DNA from: the human T2T-CHM13v2.0 reference genome, Homo sapiens | Assembly: GCF_009914755.1 (NCBI RefSeq) | Contig: NC_060926.1 | DNA length: 64,000 nucleotides | Direction: 5' to 3' (one strand) | Part shown: piece after piece, positions 1-12,112 of the stretch | Position numbering within the stretch: position 1 is the stretch's first letter | Layout: every line of letters begins with the position of its first letter | Notes under the pieces: generated by a model | Told to the model about the DNA's origin: nothing | Seen by the model: the letters and a program-made list of their open reading frames with translations, nothing else | Databases searched by the model: none | Position numbers and translations under genes: made by a program

Positions 1-83
1 TTCAGTGAGCCAGGATGGTGCCACTGCACTCTAGCCTGGACAACAAGAGTGAAACTCCATCTCAAAAAAAAAAAAAAAAAAAA
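1..83 (+). mobile_element. Alu 3' end with poly(A) tail (cut by window edge)
   Basis: CAGTGAGCC...CCACTGCACTCTAGCCTGGACAACAAGAGTGAAACTCCATCTC followed by a ~20 A tail. Confidence 0.95.
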
Positions 84-503
84 TGTAACCAGAAGCCAAG
101 GCAGCCACTCTTTAGGGGAGCAGGAGAGTCCTGACTGAGGAAATAGTTAGGTTCGAGTCAAATGAGAGACGATGAGGAAGTGAAACCAAATGCTTGTAAC
201 AGATGAAATTTATGACTCATGGGTCCCAGAGATGTTAGGGGAGCTGATGGGAGGCCGACAAGAAGCCTGGAGGTGACAGGGAGCAAAAACCAGCAGATGG
301 GGAGCAGGAGAGAGGACCTGTGCAACTCTGCCTTTAATAAGGTCCAGGCTGTTAACCCTCTGCCTTCTGGCAGGAATTGGTCACTGGTGGGGGACTTATT
401 TACATGACTCTAGTGTTTACCATAAGGCTTTATTGTGGTCAGTGGCTAGGAGATGTGTTGGATTTGGGGTCAGTGGGATGAGGAACGAGCAGGCTATATT
501 TCA
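84..503 (-). mobile_element. ERVL-type LTR fragment (MER54/MER88-like)
   Basis: Reverse complement contains CTGACCACAATAAAGCC...AACACTAGAGTCATGTAAATAAGT, resembling the MER54 group as recalled; begins TG on the minus strand. Confidence 0.5.
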
Positions 504-631
504 ACCAAATAGGGAGAGAAAGTTTTAACTAAGCCAAAGGTGACAGGATACAACCAGATTTCAAAAAACTGATATAAGAGCTAAAAATGGATGCCAACAC
601 AGCAACTGTATTAAATAGATGTATGATACTG

Positions 632-634
<3 letters not shown>

Positions 635-673
<39 letters not shown>
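635..673. repeat. (TG)19 microsatellite
   Basis: Perfect TG dinucleotide run. Confidence 0.98.
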
Positions 674-677
<4 letters not shown>

Positions 678-699
678 GCCTGGATGTTTGACCTAACTG

Positions 700-900
700 C
701 AGACAACTTTGCAGGGTGAGTATAGATGCAGAACTTCCTGAGGGAGTGGCCAAGTCTTTGTAACTGCAACTACTTCTCCCTCTGCCCCTTCCATTTTCTT
801 CATTTCCCCTAGAAGTGGTGATCCAGAGAATACTCCTATAAAAACTTTCTGTATTCGTCCCCATCTCAGAATCAGCTTCACAGGGAGCCGGACCTCCAAA
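700..900 (+). mobile_element. LTR16-like old ERVL LTR 3' part
   Basis: CCCCATCTCAGAATCAGCTTCACAGGGAGCCGGACCT resembles the LTR16 3' terminus. Confidence 0.45.
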
Positions 901-992
901 GCTGCATATTATTTGTAGAAACTTGTTTCCTGGGTAAGCACCCAGAGCTTTACACAAGTGAAAACATGTATTAATATGCTCTTGCATCTTTT

Positions 993-1250
993 CTTCATTT
1001 ATTTACTCCAATATGTTTCATTAGTGCTTACTATGCAGCAAGCACTCCATTAGCCATTAGGGATAGAGAGGTGAAATAAAGCTCCCCACTGAAATTGTTC
1101 ACAGCCCAGTCAAGAAGACAAACTAACGATAACCATTTGGTGTGGTAAACAGTGTGATCAAGGACAAGGAGCTGTGGGAACACCGAAGAGGGATACCTAC
1201 CTCAATACGATTATTGGAAAAGGGTCAGGCAAGTCTCTGGAAATGGTAGC
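993..1250 (-). mobile_element. L2 3' end fragment
   Basis: TTCATTTATTTACTCC...TTAGTGCTTACTATGCAGCAAGCACT...AGGGATAGAGAGGTGAA is a degenerate antisense L2 tail. Confidence 0.55.
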
Positions 1251-1931
1251 AGTTGAACCAAGTAGAAGTGTAGGCCATATGTTGCTTCTGGCTGAACACA
1301 CGACTGGGGAGGTAATCAGCAAGGAGGGAGGGCAGGCTCTGCCAGCTGGTACTGAATCCGAGCTGGTGCTCCTACACACACAGTCAGACAAAAGGCCCTG
1401 CACCAACATTCCAGGAAAATTCTGCCCATTTCCGTAGTCTGTCCATCTGTGAATCACCTTCAGTCTAATTTCCTGGTTTCTCCTGGATTATAATCACAAT
1501 TAGAGTGTGAAATTGGCAACCCCCCACCTCTGGACTTTGCAGAGGGATTGCCTTCTTCATACATAATAAACAAAGAAGTTGACAACCTCTGCACCAAGGC
1601 CACTAAAAACATGTGGTTGAGTAGTTCAAATGTAGGCTATTGATGTTGAATCTCTGACTAAAGGGCTCCACAGGTGTGATTAGCATAACTTTTTATGTTA
1701 CTGAAGTCAATATTCTGAGGCAGCTACTTCTGCACATTCCAAATTTAAGCTGCTAATGAATTAGTAAACAGGACTTAGGCTGAAACTGATGCACAGAGTT
1801 TCGACTCCCCACTCCCCACTCCCCACTTAACTCTAGTAGCTTGAAAGATACAAAATACTCCTTTAATTTTGTAGTCTTTAAAATGAGTTAATAATAAAGC
1901 CACTCTGATTCTCTATCTCTGTGAATACATA

Positions 1932-2062
1932 AATAGATGATTGATAGATATTATTAAATGATAGAGCTATAGATAGATGAGATAGATGATAGATGATAGA
2001 TAGATAATGATAGATAGACAGGTGATAGATAGATAGGTAATGGAGAGATAATGAATAGATAG
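1932..2062. repeat. Degenerate (TAGA)n tetranucleotide repeat
   Basis: Interrupted GATA/TAGA units. Confidence 0.9.
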
Positions 2063-2399
2063 AAACACAGAATGATTAAAAAAAGCAATCATACCCCAGC
2101 TCAATTGTAGCTTATTAGAGAAAAAAGAAAGAACTAAAAGGCTAAAAAGCACAAACAACCTACTGATCCACATGATGTTTTAAAAATATACTGGCCTGGA
2201 AATCTGAAGACCAACTGTTTTAGCTTGGTTTAAAACAGGCAAATACATAAAGGAACCCAGGTGTTTACACTGTCAGAGAACAAATAATGTGGTTACATTT
2301 TACAGTATATTTAAGCAATGACATTTCAGATCTGAAATTTATGTCTTGAGTAGGTAGACGTAATATTTGACGTGGTGGAAGGTGTTTATGATGTGTGAA

Positions 2400-3826
2400 A
2401 TAAATATAAGACAGACTACCAATAGCTAATAAATAAAATAAAAATGTTAAACATCACTAGTAAATTAAAAGTGAGAAATGTGAACTATTAAACTGGCAGA
2501 TTGTGCCCAGTATCATTGACTGTGAAGACACTATGGCCTTCTTGTGCACTGCAAATGTTTGTGTAAACTGATAACACCATTCCAAGAGACAATTTTGCCT
2601 GTGTCAAGAGCCCTAAAAAATATATGTGCTTTTACCCACCAATTGACCTTCTAATAATTTATATTAGAAAAAAACCACAGCCACCACCACCATCATTGCT
2701 ATCACTGGTGGTAACCCAAGACAAAACTTTATATTAGAGATTGTTTGCTGTAAAATTTTTATAATGCCAAACTATAATTGCAAATGTCTAATATCTTGTC
2801 AAAGGATATATAAATAGACAATTCACAGAAGAGTAAATCCAAATGGTTGACAAACAGGAAAAATTGCTTAAACTCAATAGTAGCAATCTGAAAAATATAG
2901 AATGTATCAAATTTTGGTATCAGAATTGCAACTATTTAAAAGACTGATAAGGTCTATTGCTCTTGAGATATTACTGAAATTCACATTCAAACATTGTTAG
3001 TTAAAATGTGCATGTGTATTGTCATTTTTGAAAAGAAATCTGATGATGCTATTAACATTAAAATGCATATATTCTTTGACTCTGCTCATCTGCTTCAATA
3101 AATTTATCCCGTGGTCTCAACAGAAATGATATTTAAGGTTGGGCACAGTGGCTCATGCCTGTAATCCAGCATTTTGGAAGGCTGAGGCAGTTGGATCGCT
3201 TGAACTCAAGAGTTGGAGACCAGCCTGAGTAACATGGTGAAACCCCGTCTCTACAAAAAAATACAAAAAATTAGTTGGGGGTTGTGGCGCATGCCCGTAG
3301 TCCCAGTTACTCTGGGGTGCTGAGGGAGGAGGATCACTTGAGCCCGAGAGGTGTAGGTTGCAGTGAGATTGTGCCAAGAATGCGCCACTGCACTCCAGCC
3401 TGGGTGACAGAGCCAGGCCCTATCAAAAAAAACAAAAAGGTATTTAAGATATCAATGCTTCTTGCGGTATTGTATACAGCAGACACACAAAGAAAGGTAA
3501 ATATGTATCATAGGGAAATAGTTGAATGAGTTATTGTATATCCACATGATGAAATATTTTGGAACTATGTAAAATAAATTACAATTATATCAGTTAACTT
3601 AGAGATTTCAATAAAGTATTATTGGATGAGGAAGAAAATTGTAGAAAAATGTGCATATGATCTAATTTTTAAAAAATTAGGACTACACGATATGTATCAC
3701 ACAGAGTATTAAAACCATATTTAGCATATTTGTGTCTATGTGGGTGTGTATATACCACAAGAGTGATGAAAAATACAGAGAATGTATCCAAGGTGATAAA
3801 TATAACTTATGTAAATGAGGGTGGGG
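2400..3826 (+). mobile_element. Ancient L1M(E) fragments, interrupted by AluJ
   Basis: ATAAATAGACAATTCACAGAAGAG...CAAATGG and AAATGTTAAACATCACTAG are degenerate L1 ORF2 3' motifs. Confidence 0.5.
3137..3438 (+). mobile_element. AluJ (Jb-like), full length
   Basis: Dimeric Alu with GGATCGCTTGAACTCAAG and GGATCACTTGAGCCC J diagnostics; flanking TATTTAAG repeat as TSD. Confidence 0.93.
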
Positions 3827-4104
3827 TAGGAAGACAAGCACAAAAAAACAAAAAACAAAATATTGTATGTAAATACCAAAGACAGCATATATGATACAAT
3901 TTCATTCATATATTTATGTAAAATTGTATGTGTATATACATAAAAATTGTATGTGTATATACATAAAAATTGTATGTGTATATACATACATAGGAAGACA
4001 AGCACAAAAAACCAAAATATTGTATGTAAATACCAAAGACAGCATATATGATATAATTTCATTCATATATTTATGTAAAATTGTATGTGTACATACATAA
4101 AAAT
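3827..4104. repeat. Local tandem duplication (164-bp offset) with an internal 23-bp unit x3
   Basis: TAGGAAGACAAGCAC... starts at 3827 and 3991; AAAATTGTATGTGTATATACATA at 3920, 3943 and 3966. Confidence 0.92.
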
Positions 4105-4224
4105 GTGTTTTTTAAAGCAAAAATTAATTTTCACAAGACTCAGGGAACGTTAGTAAAAGTGCACCTTCCTGACTTATTTTTCTCAGCCATATTTGGAATG
4201 GGGAACTGGGGTGCTGTGGTTCAT

Positions 4225-4283
4225 AAAGAACCCCGGGTCATTCCGATGCAGGTTGTCCATACACTACGTGTAAACACCCACTG
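4225..4283. mobile_element. MER5-like hAT end fragment
   Basis: CCCCGGGTCATTCCGATGCAGGTTGTCCA...CACTG resembles a MER5 terminus. Confidence 0.45.
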
Positions 4284-5257
4284 CTGTGAAAAAACAGTGA
4301 CGACGAGGAAACATTTACAATTTTGTCCTTCGTGACTTCAAACAGAATGAGGTGTCTGTCTCTTCATCTTCAAAGCCCAACATCTCCTAAAGAGTATCCC
4401 GGAGGTATGGTTATGCTTGGGAAAGCACCCGATTAAGGATTTGCTTGCGGAGCTGGGATTATGCCTCCTAGCCTTATCAATGAGGATGTTTCCTCTATCC
4501 AGATCCTCAATTTCACTCAGCTGTGAAGAATTCTGGAACTCCTACTTCAGCCCACATAGCTGGAGTGTCTAGCAAAAGGTTACCGAGCAATATTGTGCTT
4601 TATCACAAAGCTGTAATCCTACTAGAAAATGAGGGATGATCTTGCAGATTACACACTTCATAAATATTCTTCTCCCCATCTGTGTGCCTCTATTATATCT
4701 ATTTTAAATGTCAATTCATTGGTTTAAGGAACAATACACTATGCTAAGTCTCAGAACATCGTAGTCTTTGATAGACGATGATTATAGTTCATAACAAAAT
4801 CACATATTAGCAAAAAATGTATCTATGCTTTTGTGCAAATTAACACTGGAGTTACTTTTACAGTTTAATATGAAAGAGTGATTGTGTGACTGTCAAAAAC
4901 AAATAGGACTCATTTCTGTAAAATGCAGAGCCATTTTTACAACTGGAAACTGACTTGCTTAAAGGCATAATAACATATATAGAGGAAATCCTAGAGTTAG
5001 CAGTTACTGAATAGTCTCTCCCCAATAAAGTGACAGTCTAGTGGGGTAGTGAGGACAGAACTTTCGCAAACAGGACCATATCAAGTGTATTTAATACCTG
5101 AAATAGATACGTCTTTAGCATTTTCCTCCTCTCTATACCCAAGTTATTTTAGAATTAATCATATAAATAAACAATAACATCAGAAAAGCTTTCTTAAATT
5201 GTCCCAGTTAATAGTCATGTCAATAAATAATAATTACTATTTAAAAATAATAGATTA

Positions 5258-5563
<306 letters not shown>

Positions 5564-6742
5564 TTAAAAATTTTAATTATACTTTATTCAAAGAGGGAAG
5601 AGGTATAAAGCATCCTTTCAAAAGAGTAAATTCCTCTAAGTTCATAGAATTATTTACAGTTAGAATGACAGAGTTGAAGCAACTAAAGTTCTATGTCTTT
5701 ATCTTTATAATCACTGTGCTATCATTGTTTATTTCAAATTTGCTGCCTCGATACAGAAATATGTACAACAGTGGTGGGAGAGAGGGCTGCACCTAAGAAA
5801 AGCCTGCATGAACCTGAGCTGTTTAATGAGTTGATATTACAGTTCTCTAGGGAAATTAGTGTGCCAGCTGGGTGTTTTCTGAATTAACTCTGATATATTA
5901 AAAACAGGTTATTTTGGGGCTTACGTATAGATTATTAAAACCTGCACAGTAACCATAGTACTTGTGTAACATTTAGACCAGCAAACTATTTTTTCAGAGA
6001 GAAAGATTTTTCACTGACATTGTTTAAAGTTGCTGGAACATAGTGACAATAAAAACCAGACCACCTTTTAGATCACTTTATTATTTTTTAATAAGAAGAA
6101 TTTTATTATGTAGATTATTTTATGATATTTAATTATTTTACAGACAATGCCCTCTGTGATCTCCTGCCTCTGGGAGACTGCTCCTCATACCCCATGTTTG
6201 TACGCCCACCCTTGCAACCCCCATGAAGGGCTGAATTGGATTCCAGAGTATAGCCAATGTAGCTGAATAGAGGACATCACTTAAGACCTTTTTCAAACTG
6301 TGTAATTTTAAGAAGTGTTGTCTCCCATCACCCACCATATACAAAGAGCCATAGGCAAGTTCAAAGATGGAGAATATTTAGTCCTCATGTCCTCTTCCTT
6401 CACTCATCACAGACATTCTTAATCCTTCACAGGACTTCCTTTCCAGTGAGCGGGACTTCTTTTCCAAAGGCATGTCTTTGGAAGCCTTACAAAAATATAG
6501 TCTAGGAAATACATTCAATTGTTCAGTGTTGGCCTGAAAGTTGAAAACTCTTTGCCATCCCTGCCTTAAATCTTTAACCTGGAACACAAAAGAAGTTTAC
6601 TGTCTATTGAAGAGGGCCTGGTCCCCCGTGGACCCTCCGGCAGTAATGCTCAGGAAGGATGTGTGCTGCTTGTACTTGCATGTGAAAGGCAGGGTGCAGT
6701 CTTTAGTCCTACTAGAGCCTGGAAAAAATCATAAGCCCCTGA

Positions 6743-6930
6743 GAAGCCAAGCGTGTGGATCATTTGAGGTCAGGAGTTCGAGACCAACCTGACCAACATG
6801 GTGAAATCCCGTCTCTACTAAAAGTACAAAAAAATTAGCTGGGCAAGCTGAGATCGTGCCACTGCATTCCAGCCTGATTCAAAAACAAAAACAAAAAACA
6901 AACAAAAAAACAAAAAACGAAACAAAAAAA
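6743..6930 (+). mobile_element. 5'-truncated AluS with internal right-arm deletion and (A4-7C)n tail
   Basis: Left-arm end and A-rich linker, then TTAGCTGGGC jumps to AGCTGAGATCGTGCCACTGCA. Confidence 0.88.
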
Positions 6931-7114
6931 CCAAAGTCCCTAGTATTCGTAAATGAAAAGAACAAGTATTTATTGACAATTTATTATACCATAATTAGAT
7001 ACTCCAACCAAAATTACTCTATTTATAAACAGCAATATGCTACCTACTTTATATTAATTCTAATAAGCTTTGTGACATTACTAAACACTAAAGATGACCA
7101 ATTTCCAAAAGAAT

Positions 7115-7200
7115 CTAAACTGAGGGAATTTAAGTGACTTTCCCAGTGAATCATGAAGCTGTCATTTGAACCTAAGTCTGCGTAATTTCAGAGCTCAGTT
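7115..7200 (-). mobile_element. MIR fragment
   Basis: AAACTGAGG...TAAGTGACTTTCCCAG...ATTTGAACCTAAGTCTG MIR core. Confidence 0.6.
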
Positions 7201-8214
7201 TTCATCACTGGTAAGTGTTCCTCTGCAGATTCAGCTTGCTAATTAAGTTTCAACCTTCCCCAACCGTTGTCTCTTCAACTAACTCTCCCAGGTTGTCACT
7301 CATATGGGATGCCTTTGCTTACCCAAAGATGGAACTCTTCACATATGCGTCAGACTTTCATTTTCAACAATGAAAACGGCAGGGAAAAAAGGGATAATCC
7401 TAACTGCATGATATCATATGTGGCTACTGACTGAAAGTCAAGAGAACGTGACACAAGGCCAGCATGAATTTATTAAATAAAAGTTTGTCAATGACATACT
7501 CACTGCCAGGTCCTGTGCTGGGTGTTGGGAACTGAAACAGAGGGGATAACATCATACACTTTTCCTTAGACTACGTTTCAAGTTTCTAGCATGCAAATAA
7601 TTCAGAAAGTGCTGTTTTAAAGAATTAGAGCATTTCGTTGAAAACATTTTTGTTGCTGCTAAAGATATAAGAAGTGCTTTGTATATGGTACATTCATGCT
7701 TTATGCATCATCAGAGGCATGCCAACTTTCTCTTACGTTTGTGGGAAATGAAGTGCCTCTTGATTCACTAGCAGTGCTGTCTCATATAATCAAGCATGTT
7801 GAGATTCCAAGGGCTCCCTACCTACACTCTGCCCTCCTTATCTCCAGGATTCATTTCTAACTAACACAGTCTGATGTGATCCTCATAAGAATGGGCAGGT
7901 GCTCGGAAAAGTTGTGAGCTTGGTGAATTTATTCCTGTTGCTCTCTTTCTCCCAGCCTGTGCTTCTTTTCTTCAAGTTCCTGTGATATTAATGTTACCTG
8001 AGATTTGTGTGGCCTGAACTAGACAATGAATGAGTAGTGGACCTCTCCACTGGCTGTAGAGATGGGATTTGAAGCCAGACTTTATTACAACTTCCTATTC
8101 TGCTGTTCAAGACCTGTTCGGCCTTTGGCATTTTTAAACCTAAAAATGAAAAGTCTAATCGACATATTAGACATATTTTTAATTCCCTCATTTGAATTAC
8201 CCTTATCTCTAAAC

Positions 8215-8438
8215 CAGTGGTTTTCAAACGGGGATGATTTTGCCCTCCAGGGGACATTTGGCCAGGTCTGGAGACATATTTGGTTATTACAGTTGGGAGG
8301 GAGGAGAGTTGTGCTACCGGCATCCGGCAGGTGGAGGCAAGGGATGCTGCTTAAGCATCTTAAGATGTGTCAGCCCAGACTCACGACAAATAATTATGCA
8401 GCCCTACATTTCAGTAGCACGAAAGTAAAAAGACGCTG
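8215..8438 (+). mobile_element. MER20 (hAT-Charlie)
   Basis: CAGTGGTTTTCAAACGGGGATGATTTTGCCCTCCAGGGGACATTTGG...GGGATGCTGC...AATTAT follows the MER20 consensus over its full length. Confidence 0.88.
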
Positions 8439-8817
8439 CCCTGCTCTCTCTCACATACCAACTGTTTCTATTCATGCTTGACCATGAAGAAGGTGGGCAT
8501 AATACAGAAAGCAGAGCCCAGTCCTTGCAGCCTGTATGTACTAAGGGATATCTCAAACTGAGACAAAAGAGAAGTGAAAGACTGTCTCTTCTTCAGGCTT
8601 AAGTTGATTACAAGGAAGGAAGGGAAACGGGACAGGAGAGAGTAGACAATCTAATATATGCCTCAGTCTTTCTCTCTTTGGGCAGTTATTGGCAAAGTAG
8701 AATGTACACTTGAAAAATTAAGATGAACCTTAATGTCAGAGAGGTTGCTATGCCAATGAGGATGTTCTGAATTATTAGCAAGGGCTTAGGCAAGACTGAG
8801 TTCAGAGTGCAGATGAC

Positions 8818-8945
8818 CAGGAAAAAGAAGAGAGAAAAGGAAAAGAAGGGGAGAGGAAGGAAACAGAAGGGGGAAGAAAAGAGAGAAGAAAGAAGAGAGT
8901 GGAGTGAGAAGAGGAAGGAGTGGGGAAGAGGCATTGAAAGGAGCT
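8818..8945. repeat. GA-rich low-complexity purine tract
   Basis: Nearly pure A/G on the + strand. Confidence 0.85.
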
Positions 8946-9204
8946 AGAGGCTTCAGCAGCATTTACTAAAGAACAACTGGGTACATAGCACACTTAATTG
9001 CAAGTTACACCCATCCTCTACACCACCAATTGACATCATGGAAAGAAGAAGAGAGGGAAAGAACTCTAAAATGTGCACTTTATTAAAAAATAATTTTTGT
9101 AAGTAAATAGAATGTCTGAATTACTGGTTCATGTCAAGTTTACTGAATGGAATGAAAATAATTTAGTTGTATAGGTAGATTATATCAAATCAATAAAAAT
9201 GACA

Positions 9205-9350
9205 TTTCTTCTATACATCTGAAGATGGTATGTAAATATGTTACTTCATATAGGTTAGCACTAACTTCATAGGCTTGCTGGAAAGAATAAATGAAATAAT
9301 ATGTAAAAGGCATATTACAAAGCGTCTGGCAGAGGGTAAGAACTCAGTAA
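9205..9350 (+). mobile_element. MIR fragment
   Basis: CTTCATAGGCTTGCTGGAAAGAATAAATGAAATAATATGTAAAAG...TCTGGCAGAGGGTAAGAACTCAGTAA. Confidence 0.6.
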
Positions 9351-9383
9351 TCCAGAAGGAAACTTGTTTTCTGTTTTAATATG

Positions 9384-9993
9384 TGTGGCAGACAGACTTT
9401 CTGAAATGATGCCCCAAAGATAGCCCCTCTAGTCCCCAAAACCTGTGAATATAATGAGATATTACTCCTATAATTATTGTATGTTGTATGGGACAGTTGA
9501 CTTGAACATATGGAGATCACCTGAGTATTCCTTATCTAACCACATAAGCATGCAAAAGCAGAGAGTTTTCTCTGGCTCATGGCAGAGAAGGCAGAAAGAT
9601 AAGACAGAGATGTTTGAAGAACAAGACCTCTACACTTCAGTGTTTTGAAGTTGGAGAGGGTCACAGGAAAAGGAACGCAGGAGGCTTCCAGGAGCGAAAG
9701 GTAGACCTGGGACTGAGAGCTAGCAAGGAAACAGGAACGACACACCTACAACTGTAAGGAGCTGTCTCCTTTCAACAACCTGAATGCGCAGGGAAATGGA
9801 TTCTCCCCCAGGAACTCCAGGTAAGAACCCAGTTGGCCAATTCCTTGATTTGGGCCTTTTGAGATCATAAGCAAAAATCCTAGAGGAACTATGCTGGACT
9901 CCTGTTGTACAGAATTGTGAAATAAAAGATACGTGTTGCTTTAAGCTGCTAAGTTTGTGGTGAGTTGCTTTGCAGCAATAGAAAACAGATATA
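9384..9993 (+). mobile_element. MLT1 (D/E-like) MaLR solo LTR
   Basis: Starts TGTGGCAGACAG; ends TTTAAGCTGCTAAGTTTGTGG...GCAGCAATAGAAAACAGATA, the MLT1 terminus. Confidence 0.85.
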
Positions 9994-10065
9994 TAATGTA
10001 ACATTATCTAATTCTGTGAGATAACACAACAGATAAAATTTATACTGCCTCTACTTAGTACATAC

Positions 10066-10463
10066 TGCTAAAAGAACTTTAGACACATTTAACAGAGTTC
10101 ATCTGAGCAAAGAACAATTATTGAATCAGGCAGCACTCAGCACCATAAGGGGTTCAGAGAACTCCACCCAGCAGTATGAGCAATAAGCTTTTATAGGCCA
10201 AACACAGAAGCAAAGTCGATAAGTCACCTGATTTGTGGCAATGAGGCATCTTCCTTGTTTGAGCATGTTCTGGTCAGTTGTCTGCCTGTGACTGGCTGAA
10301 GCTCAGTTGCTTGTGATTGACTAAAACCTGGCTATTTGTTACAAAAAATACGTCCTAAGTTAAGTTTAAATTTGTTTACTTATTAAGTTGAGGTGTGTTA
10401 CATAGAAACGCAAAGTATGGAGATAGTTTCAGGCTAATGGCCTCCTGCCTATTTAATTTAACG
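10066..10463 (-). mobile_element. MER57/MER93-family ERV1 solo LTR
   Basis: Reverse complement starts GTTAAATTAAATAGGCAGGAGGCCATTAGCCTG; typical TTTAACAGAGTT...TGAATCAGGCAGCACTCAG at the other end. Confidence 0.75.
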
Positions 10464-12112
10464 AAACCCTTACTTTGTTTCTATATCTTTACTATCTTAG
10501 TGCATAAGGTACTAAGGTATTTGGATGTCCTCCAACCAGTGGCAGGTTTTCCATGAAACCAGTGGTGCCTAAGTGCCCTTCATTTGTATGAGCCTTGCCC
10601 AAGGGTCTAGAAGGCACTCAAGTAAGAAAATCATATTTTTTTTGGGAATTGGAAAATATATTTCACCTGCAACTGGTTAAAACTTCTAGCTCTTTCTGCT
10701 GCATCCTGCACCCACTTACAGATGGCATTGGTATGACTAGGGGCAATTTTAGCATCTGGCCAAGACGATATGAAATTCAGAAAATATTCAGCTTGAGTTC
10801 AGTGGGATATTTTTATGTGATTTACAGCTACTTCCCTATGTCGTTTATTGCTAGCCACCACTGCATAGGAATATCTTATAAGAATATTCCAATTGTCTAT
10901 CATATCATGACCTAGTGTACAAGGCAAGAGATAGATCAACATATGGATTCATCTTACGGTGTCAGGCACTGGAAGTCTGTGAATAGAAGAAGATATACAA
11001 GGTTTTAAATGTACAGAGCGAGAACTGAGGAAACTTATTCTAATCATTAGATGCATAAACTTTTATTTATACCTGCCTAAAAGATATTTTTTTCCTAAAA
11101 GTCCAGAATGAGGTTGATAGTGCTGTATAAATAATTATTTATATAACATATACTTCTCTTATTGGATATAAATCATGTGAAGTAGAATATACCAGAATTT
11201 CTCAGTTTGTAGACTTAAACATGTAAGAGTACCAAGAACACTAAGAACATCTATGCAATAAATTTTGTGTTCCTTGCATCCCTATGTGTTAGATCACATC
11301 TTGGTGTGTCAGCGCGTATTGTCCTGTTCAAATCTCAAGGTGTTCATTGTAATTGTGCACTAAATTGCCTTAATGGCTTGAAGAAATGAGTGTTTCTGTG
11401 ACAAAACTTCTGTATCTATTAATCAAGTCAGGTATTAATAGATGACTAATTTGATTATTAAAATGTATAGCTTTAGATAATGCATTTATATGTTTAAAGC
11501 AAAATTTTACATAATTATGTATTTAACATGTGTGAAAATGTAAGATTTTACAAATTTAAAATAAAAACATATGTAATTTAAATTTCAGATTAATTTTTCT
11601 TTCAGGATTGTTGACTGTATCAAAATTCAAATATAACAAGAAACAGCTTAGTGAAAGCCAAGAAAAGTAAACAAATAAAGAGTAATGAACAAAATCTCAA
11701 AATGTTTAAACTATTATACTAAAATCAAGAAGAAATTATCAACTAGTTCTCAATTGAAAGATATTATTAAAAAATTGAAAAAAGAATAAATTAATAACAA
11801 ATAATAGTAATCATAATCAAATGTAGACCCATCATACTAAAAAAGTATTTTTCTTCATTCTAAAATATTACAAATTTATTGTATTTTGACATAAGGAAGT
11901 AAACAGAATTATCTATCAAAAAATAAAAATTTAAGATTGAGATTTATCATAATGTTAATTCAAAAAAAATACATGGCTATTTTTCTAGAATTTTTAAATT
12001 AGGGGATATTGTCAGCTTTTGTATATTTGTAATTTTGTCTTAATTTTTTTTTTATTTTCATTTTTTAGAAACGGGGTCTAACTCTGTCACCCAGGCTCAA
12101 GTGCAGTGGTGT

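Noticed and set aside
1804-1827. (ACTCCCC)3 as a G-quadruplex
   Set aside because: Only three G-runs; trivial short repeat
4346-4404. Possible 59-nt + strand exon (CAG|AATGAGG...GAG|GTATGG)
   Set aside because: Ordinary splice signals, no recognisable peptide and no partner exons
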